Below the pieces are notes generated by a model. It did not search any database. It worked only from the letters and a program-made list of their open reading frames with translations, and had not been told where the DNA came from. Shown here one piece after another: positions 57,045 to 64,000 of a stretch of 64,000 nucleotides of DNA (position 1 is its first letter; every line of letters starts with the position of its first letter). The DNA comes from a virus. Location: the IMG/VR virus record IMGVR_UViG_3300028840_003067, positions 3,786 through 67,785 of that record; one strand, given 5' to 3'. The translations under genes were made by a program, and so were the position numbers.

Positions 57045-57980
57045 TTACTTTCGTCCGCCAAGTTTAGTAGTCATCTGATCCAACATGGCGAACATCTTCT
57101 TCGTCATGTCTGCGACCGGCGTGCCTTCCGGTAGCGCATTCAGAATTGCCTGCGTGTCCGGAGTCTGCTTCTTCTCCATCTGATTCATCACGGCACCGAA
57201 CAACGTATTCACCGCGTCCGTTGTTTTCTTCACATGCTCCGCGGACATGGCCTGCTCCGTAAGCTTCTTTTCGAGTTCCGCGATTCGTGCTTCGAGTGCT
57301 TTCGTTACTTCATTCATGTGCGCCTCATCTTCGGTTGCATCGTCTGTGACCCCGTGTTCGAGATCAGTAGTAACCCCATCAGTATTTACTTGTACATGAT
57401 TTTCCTCAAGTAAATCAAGTGGGGCTTCAAATGTTTTTGCCACACAATCCTCGAAGTCCTCACAGGTGACTTTTCCGGCTTTTACCGCTGTCACCAGGGC
57501 CTTGCTGTCCGCGGGAATCGGCACGATAGACAGTTCCAATAGCTCAAGGCTCGTGAACTTCCGTCCCACAATGTGCCCGTCGTCATCCTTGATCCACTCC
57601 GCTTCTTTGACCCTGGCCCCAATGGACACGCCGTTGAGATACCCACCCAGGACCAGTTTGTACACGGTGTCCGCAAAGGCATATTCCTCAGCCGTGGCGA
57701 ACTGGATCGTCATCACCAGTTTTCCCTTCAGCACCGCAACCTCGACGGCCTTGCCAACCGGCAGCGCGTAGTGATCGTGTGCCCACAAGATGATCGGATT
57801 CTTCATGTAGTTTTCGACTTCAATGCCGTCGATCTTGATAATGTCACCGACACGATCCGCTTTGCCGCTGGCCGCGATCACCCGAATGCGCCGTTGCTCT
57901 TTCAGGGTCTCGTCCGAGGCCAACGTGATCTCCGGCAGGAGTTTTCGTTTAATCCCTTTCACGATACATGCAGTCTCCAT
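57045..57980 (-). CDS. HK97-type prohead protease with C-terminal extension
   Basis: DRVGD, NPIILWAH, SIG, LLELSIVPIPA. Confidence 0.9.
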   Translation of the reverse strand: METACIVKGIKRKLLPEITLASDETLKEQRRIRVIAASGKADRVGDIIKIDGIEVENYMKNPIILWAHDHYALPVGKAVEVAVLKGKLVMTIQFATAEEYAFADTVYKLVLGGYLNGVSIGARVKEAEWIKDDDGHIVGRKFTSLELLELSIVPIPADSKALVTAVKAGKVTCEDFEDCVAKTFEAPLDLLEENHVQVNTDGVTTDLEHGVTDDATEDEAHMNEVTKALEARIAELEKKLTEQAMSAEHVKKTTDAVNTLFGAVMNQMEKKQTPDTQAILNALPEGTPVADMTKKMFAMLDQMTTKLGGRK

Positions 57981-57991
57981 AGCGGTCTCCT

Positions 57992-59344
57992 TTATTCTCT
58001 AGGTTTGTCTTTTTTCGACTTCGGCTTGGGAGGTCCACCCTCGTCCTCGTTGCCGTCGTCCTTCCCGTCACCCTCCAACATCGGCGGAGCGGCGACAATG
58101 ATCTTGCCCGTCTCATCCACTTGATTGACGTTCTGCATGACGTAGGTCGCGTTGCCATTCTTGAGTTCCGGCAAATTCAGCTTGAAGCGTTTGTTCAGTT
58201 CATTTGCGGGATACCCCATCTGCCACAAGGAGAAAAACATTTCGACCTTCTCCGCCATGTCCCCTTGCAGGGCTTCCACATCGGAGGTATCGAACTCGGC
58301 ATAAATGTTTCCCGTTCCCGTCACACTGAACAACTGCGCCCACATGCACCACTCGATCAACTTCATCTTCGGGATCAGTGTCTTCACCCAAAACTCTCTC
58401 GCCTGCACTTTCGCCACCGCGAAGTTCACGTCATCCCATACGCCTAACTCAAGTTTCGGCACTTTGAAACACGCGAGGACTTCATCGCGGTTCCACTTCT
58501 TCTGATTCAAAAACTCCATGTCCTTTTGGGAAATGGCGAGTTGCTTGTATTGTGCCCCGCCTTCCAGCAACGCGAGGGTGTGGGCTTTACTCACCCCTTG
58601 ATGATGTTCCTTGAATTGCAGGACCATGCGGTTGAATTGTTCTTCCGTCAGATCGTCTGCCACTTCAATGACCCCACCAGGGAGCGCACTATTGAAGAAG
58701 AAGGCTTTGTTGTACTGCGAGGCAAGATAATCCTGATCGATTCCAAGCTGTGCCGCTTCCAGTGGAGCCAAGCCTCGTAGCTCGTCATACGGATTGAAGA
58801 GCTTGATATGCACGACTTCCCATTTCGCAAACTTCAAATCGACTTCTTGTCCGTTTTTCTTCCCCTTGACTTCCCATCCCACGAGTTTGTCGTTCTCGTT
58901 CAGTACCGCTTCGAAGAGTTTCCCGTTGAAGGGTTGAATCTCCCGTGGCAACGCCGTCCGTTCATCACGGTCGAGCACCCACATACATTCGCCATAGTGC
59001 AGCAGATACACCAACGTCGCTTCAAATAACTGTTGCTGTCCCATTGCGTCATTCGGTCGTTCGAACAACCGCAACCAGCGAGCGGCATCGCCCCGATCTG
59101 CGGCCAGCTTGTCCCGTGAATTTTTCCACAAGAGCGGCGTTTGCGAAATGTTCATCGCCACCGACTCAATCGCCCCACGCACCCACGCGTGAATGCGGTA
59201 CGGTTCTTCGACTTGCTGTGGATTGAGCACCGAGGAGAGCGACCCACCACGTGTCGTGCCGAGAAAATCAAATTGTGTCTTACTGAGTCGTTGAATGACG
59301 GGAATGCTCTTCGTCACCATCCACTGATACATCTGTTCAAACAT
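57992..59344 (-). CDS. HK97-family portal protein
   Basis: PN..M, GLAPL, FF.N...PGGVI, LEGG..Y, DMEFL, FKVP. Confidence 0.93.
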   Translation of the reverse strand: MFEQMYQWMVTKSIPVIQRLSKTQFDFLGTTRGGSLSSVLNPQQVEEPYRIHAWVRGAIESVAMNISQTPLLWKNSRDKLAADRGDAARWLRLFERPNDAMGQQQLFEATLVYLLHYGECMWVLDRDERTALPREIQPFNGKLFEAVLNENDKLVGWEVKGKKNGQEVDLKFAKWEVVHIKLFNPYDELRGLAPLEAAQLGIDQDYLASQYNKAFFFNSALPGGVIEVADDLTEEQFNRMVLQFKEHHQGVSKAHTLALLEGGAQYKQLAISQKDMEFLNQKKWNRDEVLACFKVPKLELGVWDDVNFAVAKVQAREFWVKTLIPKMKLIEWCMWAQLFSVTGTGNIYAEFDTSDVEALQGDMAEKVEMFFSLWQMGYPANELNKRFKLNLPELKNGNATYVMQNVNQVDETGKIIVAAPPMLEGDGKDDGNEDEGGPPKPKSKKDKPRE

Positions 59345-60686
59345 TGATAAACCTCACGCGAGGGCGTTTACGTTCCACGATCAACCAGGTGAGCGCAAAC
59401 ACCAAGGCGTCTACGCGGTCAGGGGACAGGCCCTTTTTTGCTGTCTCCTCCGGATTGAACGTGACCATTTGCTCCACCAACTGTTCAAAGTACGCACAGT
59501 GCTGAATGCGCTTCTGTTCGTACAGCGAGCCCACCGGCTCCGCACGCAGGCGCTTCCCGCGTGACGAATGCAACTTGAAAAACGGAACGGCCAGTCCCCC
59601 CTTCGCCTGTCGCAGCGTATGCTCGACGAGGTCGCCTCCGTTATTGACTTCTCCTAGAACTTTATCTGCTTTCCACTTCTGAAACAAGTGGATGACGAGT
59701 TCCGCCCACTCGTTCGGTTTGTAGTGACCGGAGTGATCCTCCAACACATGCGCGAGTTGCCCGTCGTTGTAGCTCCCCGCCACAATGATGCCCGTCTCGT
59801 TACTGTCTTCTCCGGCACTCACCGCGGGATCGACCGCGATACAAATCCGATCATACTCACTCAGCGGCATCGGCCCATCGCGTTTGAGAATGTGTTCCTC
59901 CGAGAAAATGGCTCCTTCAATCTGCGCCAGGAACAACCCCTCGATCTCCTGCTTGCCGAGTCGCGTCCCCTGGTACCGTTGCAGAATGGCGTGAATGAAG
60001 GACTCCGGCAGATTCTTGCGGTTGTCGAGCATCGACCCGCGTGTGATGACGAGCCCAGGCAGCTTGAGGATCCGCGACACGAAGGGCGAGGGTTTCGGGG
60101 TCGTGCTGATCATCGTCTGCGGCAGCGACCCTAACCGCATCCCGAACTGCAACATGTCCCACGTCTTTTCATCCTGCCACGCGGCCAACTCATCGCACCA
60201 CGCTTTCTCGTGCTGCGGTCCGCGCAACCGTTCGCTTTCTTCTGCGGAATACATCATGGCGGTCGAGCCGTTCGGCCAGATCAACCGTCGTTTGGACGGC
60301 TCGTAGCGCGGCATGAACTCATTCGTGCTCACCCCGACGATGCCCGACTCTCCGTTGACCATGACATCGCGCACGTCCGCGGCGGTCGGCCCCACGAGGG
60401 CGATGCGTTTGACGTGATGTTTCTCGACTTGCTCTCGGACCCACTCTGCGCCTGCCCGTGTTTTGCCGCTGCCCCGACCGGCCATGAATAACCAGTAGGG
60501 CCAGGTGTCAGGCAGTGGCGGGAGTTGGTTGTCCCTCGCCCACAGGATCCACTCTTTCTTCGCGGCTTCCTGCTCCACGTCCGTCAGCGAGTTCAGCAAC
60601 TCGGTTCTTTCGTGCTCGGTCAAGAGTGTCAGCGAGTTTATCACGGAAGTTTCGTTTTTCTTGTCGTTGTTCTTCGGTAAGGACAT
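59337..60686 (-). CDS. terL: terminase large subunit
   Basis: AGRGSGKTR, LRGPQ, WCDELA, STTPKP, AVDPA, SPDRVDA. Confidence 0.95.
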   Translation of the reverse strand: MSLPKNNDKKNETSVINSLTLLTEHERTELLNSLTDVEQEAAKKEWILWARDNQLPPLPDTWPYWLFMAGRGSGKTRAGAEWVREQVEKHHVKRIALVGPTAADVRDVMVNGESGIVGVSTNEFMPRYEPSKRRLIWPNGSTAMMYSAEESERLRGPQHEKAWCDELAAWQDEKTWDMLQFGMRLGSLPQTMISTTPKPSPFVSRILKLPGLVITRGSMLDNRKNLPESFIHAILQRYQGTRLGKQEIEGLFLAQIEGAIFSEEHILKRDGPMPLSEYDRICIAVDPAVSAGEDSNETGIIVAGSYNDGQLAHVLEDHSGHYKPNEWAELVIHLFQKWKADKVLGEVNNGGDLVEHTLRQAKGGLAVPFFKLHSSRGKRLRAEPVGSLYEQKRIQHCAYFEQLVEQMVTFNPEETAKKGLSPDRVDALVFALTWLIVERKRPRVRFINV

Positions 60687-61095
60687 TGGACTCCGTTTTC
60701 TCCGTTTGGTCGAGATATTGTTTGCCGAGATGGACGAGCATCCGTTCACTGCCCATCGCGGCGGAATCCCACTGCATGAGTCGCAAGCGTGCTTTCGCCC
60801 GTTCGCGTCCGCGTGCCCACGGCACTGAGAAGGTGTGATTGAATTGATCTTTCGTGAGGCCGGTGATCGCCAACACTTCGGTCGGCTCGCACATCAACGC
60901 GCCCAACCGCTCGACCAACTCCACATCGCGCTCCGAGGGCGTGAGCGGGTCGTCAATGATCTGCGTGTCCAACGCGTACACGCGCTCGCTCATCGGCAAG
61001 CTCGCTTCCGGCGGCAGCAGCACTTGAATCCGGTCTAAGGCTTTCAGACGACTGGGTTTGTCGGGTGTGTGAACCGTGGCACATTCATCCTGCAT
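60508..61095 (-). CDS. terS: terminase small subunit
   Basis: HTH-like core, LR..QW..A..G..RML.HLGKQYLDQ; directly upstream of terL. Confidence 0.75.
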   Translation of the reverse strand: MQDECATVHTPDKPSRLKALDRIQVLLPPEASLPMSERVYALDTQIIDDPLTPSERDVELVERLGALMCEPTEVLAITGLTKDQFNHTFSVPWARGRERAKARLRLMQWDSAAMGSERMLVHLGKQYLDQTEKTESNVLTEEQRQEKRNFRDKLADTLDRARKNRVAELADGRGAGSREERVDPVGEGQPTPATA

Positions 61096-61336
61096 CGCGT
61101 TTCTCCGTAGGTGCAGACACGTATGACGTTATTCGTAGCACGTGTCGCGTGTTTCGTCAATCGTGTGGGGTGAGATTTAAGGGGGTACCTTATTTTTCAC
61201 CCCCCGAAGAATACGGTGGGAGTTATTTTTCGGGGAGGAATAGTCTACACGTTATTTTTCCTGGGGTAGATAACTTTTAAGGGGGTACCTTAAATCCTAA
61301 CCTATACTCCTAAGCGACTCCTTAGCTGTATAGATC

Positions 61337-61364
61337 GTACTTCTAAGACCTGTCTTAGAAGTAC
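61337..61364. repeat. 13-bp perfect inverted repeat
   Basis: GTACTTCTAAGAC-CT-GTCTTAGAAGTAC. Confidence 0.9.
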
Positions 61365-61503
61365 ACGTTTGTAGACGTTTAAGTATATAATTTACCTAGA
61401 AGTGCTTATATTTCGCGGGGTTATGAGCCTGAACGGTTTTTTTCTGTGTATATTCCAGCAGGCCAGCGCATATACCGAGGCCCCCGAAAAAATTTTCCGG
61501 ACC

Positions 61504-61621
61504 TGGCACCGGTTTTGCATTAGCACGTTTCGTGCCGCGTGCCTCGTGTCTTACGTAGTTCTACGTATGTCCTACGTAGTTATACGTGTGGCACGTTTCT
61601 TGCTAAGGCACCGATATTGCA
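61504..61621. promoter_or_regulatory. cluster of four sigma-54 -24/-12 elements
   Basis: + TGGCACC-GGTT-TTGCA (61504), - CGGCACG-AAAC-GTGCT (61537-61522), + TGGCACG-TTTC-TTGCT (61589), + AGGCACC-GATA-TTGCA (61606). Confidence 0.75.
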
Positions 61622-61682
61622 TAGCGCGAAGCACGAAACACCCCACCCGAATAACCCCTAGTGGAGACTACGTAGGGCGAAC

Positions 61683-61863
61683 TACGTATCTCGTCTTTCC
61701 CTACTGAAAACTACGTAGAGCGGCTTTCCCTACTGAAAACTACGTAGCGCGGCTTTCCCTACTGAAAACTACGTAGAGAAAAAACCCCTAGGGAAAACTA
61801 CGTAGAGAAAAAACCCTTCAGAAAAAATACGTAGAGGAAAAACACGTAAGGAAAACTACGTAG
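61683..61863. repeat. 29-bp-period iteron-like array with TACGTA core
   Basis: TACGTA at 61683, 61712, 61741, 61770, 61799, 61828, 61857; three near-identical CTTTCCCTACTGAAAACTACGTAG units. Confidence 0.9.
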
Positions 61864-62022
61864 AGGGAAAATACGTAGGTAGAATTTCGTGTCTCGTGTT
61901 TCCGTAGGGAAAACTACTTAGTCGGAATTTTGTGGGGGAAATACGTAGGTAGTACTACGTAGGGCCGATCACAAGGTATAGTGTACATTCTTGCACACTC
62001 GCCCCCATATATACGTACAAAA

Positions 62023-62051
62023 TTGTACTGTACCAAAAAGGATACCATACT
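62023..62051 (+). promoter_or_regulatory. possible sigma-70 promoter
   Basis: TTGTAC-17 bp-CATACT ahead of the first + genes. Confidence 0.3.
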
Positions 62052-62126
62052 TCAGTAGGGTATGAGTACCATACCATTATAGGCGATAATTCACCCATGC
62101 AATCCACTTCAACAATAGGGGGAACT

Positions 62127-62213
62127 ATGGGACGAAAGAATCTGAAAGCTTTTCTAACTAGCTACGTCTTTTGGACATGCTATTGGATAGGTCCATTAAT
62201 TATTAACGTGTAG
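62127..62213 (+). CDS. 28-aa hydrophobic peptide (not in ORF track)
   Basis: AGGGGGA RBS; MGRKNLKAFLTSYVFWTCYWIGPLIINV. Confidence 0.4.
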   Translation: MGRKNLKAFLTSYVFWTCYWIGPLIINV

Positions 62214-62236
62214 CAATTTACAAAGGAGAAAATACT

Positions 62237-62428
62237 ATGCAATTCGAAGTCTACAAAAACAAAAAAAGCTTGGGAATTATCGAAAGCAACGCAAGCTTTG
62301 CCTTGCCTTACTGGAAAAACAAGGGGAAAGAATATGAATTGAAAGCACGCGATAGTGAAGCACGCCTATATCTTTCACAATACAATTTTCTGCAAACCAT
62401 TACAGGGAAGAAAGGATTAGGACTATGA
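62237..62428 (+). CDS. hypothetical protein
   Basis: AAGGAG RBS. Confidence 0.65.
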   Translation: MQFEVYKNKKSLGIIESNASFALPYWKNKGKEYELKARDSEARLYLSQYNFLQTITGKKGLGL

Positions 62429-62754
62429 GAGAACTACATTGCGAGAAGTGTGGAAAAGAGGATAACGGATTTGACCTACAGACCCACCTGCTAACAGATG
62501 CTATGCTATGCGCTTATTGCGTAAGCAAGCTTGTTAACGCATGGGCTCAAAAGAAACGCGCCCAAAAGAAACGAGAAGACTACACGTTAAACTTTGAAGA
62601 GTTTACCGGTCAATTAGCAGAAAATCAGATTTACGTTGAAAGCAGAAAAGACTTCGCCCACCTAATAATCAGAGGAGAGAATCAGGATTACGGACTAGCT
62701 GCAATTCACGAGGAGAACGGAAACTTAATTTTCGATTTAGGCCATACAATCTAA
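62425..62754 (+). CDS. Zn-finger-containing hypothetical protein
   Basis: CEKC..CAYC; ATGA coupling. Confidence 0.65.
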   Translation: MRELHCEKCGKEDNGFDLQTHLLTDAMLCAYCVSKLVNAWAQKKRAQKKREDYTLNFEEFTGQLAENQIYVESRKDFAHLIIRGENQDYGLAAIHEENGNLIFDLGHTI

Positions 62755-62773
62755 CAAAGAGGAGAATAGAACA

Positions 62774-62938
62774 ATGTTTCATCATTGCCTGATATGTGAA
62801 CGGAAGACTTGGATAGAAGGGGAACTATGTAGCGCTTGCGAGAAGACTAACACAGTATTAGAAGAAACTGGCGTGCTCTTCTCGTTTGCTACTGAAGAGG
62901 AATTAGAATTGACGGAACTATTCAACCTTGACAGATAA
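62774..62938 (+). CDS. small Zn-ribbon acidic protein (not in ORF track)
   Basis: GAGGAG RBS; CLIC..CSAC, Glu-rich tail. Confidence 0.6.
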   Translation: MFHHCLICERKTWIEGELCSACEKTNTVLEETGVLFSFATEEELELTELFNLDR

Positions 62939-62950
62939 GGAGAAACGAAA

Positions 62951-63646
62951 ATGAGATTACTTACACGGACCGCGGAAAATGCAAAGTTAGCGAAAGCAAG
63001 TCTAACCATGTACGAAATAGTTTCATTGTTTCTTCACCCGTCAATTACGATTTGCCCGTGGGCCTCGAAGCATTGCCTCGCGGCATGTCTCAATACATCG
63101 GGACTAGCATCGGTATTCCCGAAAATTCTTGAAGCAAGAAAAGCCAAAACAAAATTGTTTCAGGATAATCCAACGGCGTTTCTTGCGATACTCAAAAAAG
63201 AATTAGCACGTGAAGAGAAACGCGCCCACAAAAAAGGAAAGAAACTCGCGTTTCGTCCTAATGGTACAAGCGACCTAGATGAATTGACTACACTAGCAGA
63301 TTCTTTCCCCTCAATTGCAATGTATGATTATACAAAAAGCATTGATAGGGTTAGGCGATACGCTGAAGGAAAATTGCCTAAGAATTATCACCTAACATTC
63401 TCTTTTTCAGGAGAGAACGAAAGCGAAGCAAGAGAAGCTCTTCGCTTAGGTGTTAACGTAGCAGTAGTTTTTGAAACTGATAAGTTTCCGGCAGAATTTT
63501 GGGGCTACCCTGTAATCAATGGGGATGTTACAGACTTGCGATTCTTAGATAAGCGAGGGGCTATTGTAGGGCTCAAAGCAAAAGGCAAGGCGAAGAAAAA
63601 GTCTTCGCCTTTCGTTATTCCTGTAACCTCGTTAAAGACTACATAG
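62951..63646 (+). CDS. Gp88-like conserved phage protein
   Basis: NAKLAK, CPWAS..C...CLN.SG, RPNGTSD, YDYTK, NYHLTFS, GD.TDLRFLD. Confidence 0.8.
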   Translation: MRLLTRTAENAKLAKASLTMYEIVSLFLHPSITICPWASKHCLAACLNTSGLASVFPKILEARKAKTKLFQDNPTAFLAILKKELAREEKRAHKKGKKLAFRPNGTSDLDELTTLADSFPSIAMYDYTKSIDRVRRYAEGKLPKNYHLTFSFSGENESEAREALRLGVNVAVVFETDKFPAEFWGYPVINGDVTDLRFLDKRGAIVGLKAKGKAKKKSSPFVIPVTSLKTT

Positions 63647-63652
63647 CAGAGG

Positions 63653-63686
63653 AAAGACTAGGGGGAATTTCCCCCTAGTCTTTTTT
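63653..63686 (+). terminator. intrinsic terminator
   Basis: AAAGACTAGGGGGAA-T-TTCCCCCTAGTCTTT followed by a T run. Confidence 0.85.
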
Positions 63687-63730
63687 GTATCCTCTCAAAA
63701 TTGAGAGGGTACAGAAAAGACTAGGAGAAA

Positions 63731-63922
63731 CTAGAGGCCGATGCTAGAGCCCGATGCTAGGCCGATCGATGCTAGAGCCCGATGCTAGAGGCCGATGCTA
63801 GAGCCCGATGCTAGAGCCCGATGCTAGAGGCCGATGCTAGAGGCCGATGCTAGAGCCCGATGCTAGAGGCCGATGCTAGGCCGATCGATGCTAGAGGCCG
63901 ATGCTAGAGCCCGATGCTAGAG
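63731..63922. repeat. tandem array of 13-bp units CTAGAG(G/C)CCGATG
   Basis: 14 full units (two are the 15-bp variant CTAGGCCGATCGATG) plus a partial unit. Confidence 0.95.
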
Positions 63923-63936
63923 CACAATCTATGCCA
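63921..63936 (-). promoter_or_regulatory. possible sigma-54 element pointing into the tandem array
   Basis: TGGCATA-GATT-GTGCT on the minus strand. Confidence 0.4.
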
Positions 63937-64000
63937 GGGCATGTTTCGACCGCTACCACCTGGTAACAGGTTCGGGAAGGGGCCTAGAATTGAATATGAG

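Noticed and set aside
61683-61863. 29-bp array as a mini-CRISPR
   Set aside because: Period too short and inter-core sequences are related to each other rather than unique spacers.
63731-63922. Tandem array as a CRISPR array
   Set aside because: Units are contiguous with no unique spacers.

Overview
The window is most of a tailed dsDNA phage genome (siphovirus-like, HK97-type head, long tape measure). Bases 1-27434 (+) carry small early genes, two tRNAs, a LAGLIDADG endonuclease and a replication/nucleotide module: ThyX, SNF2 helicase, SSB-like protein, AEP primase, UvrD, PD-(D/E)XK nuclease, PolA, NrdJ, dCMP deaminase and a P-loop kinase. Bases 27420-61095 (-) form a convergent late operon running from terminases, portal, protease and capsid through a large accessory virion-protein block, lysis genes, neck, tail tube, frameshifted chaperones, tape measure and tail tip to receptor-binding proteins. 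Bases 61100-62120 are a repeat-rich non-coding control/packaging region, followed by an AT-rich, GATC-free gene block and a 13-bp tandem array. No integrase, reverse transcriptase or CRISPR array was seen. Main finding: at least seven plus-strand sigma-54 (-24/-12) promoter matches and two weaker minus-strand ones, two with a well-placed IHF site and a shared upstream motif, but no recognisable enhancer-binding protein in the window. Also notable are three tandem paralogous LamG-like tail proteins followed by a small protein with exactly three repeats, a tail-hub protein with an internal transmembrane hairpin, a PolA with a Zn-finger insert and altered motif B, and a 3D/MazG-like in-frame fusion. 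All family calls are by motif recognition, without database searches.
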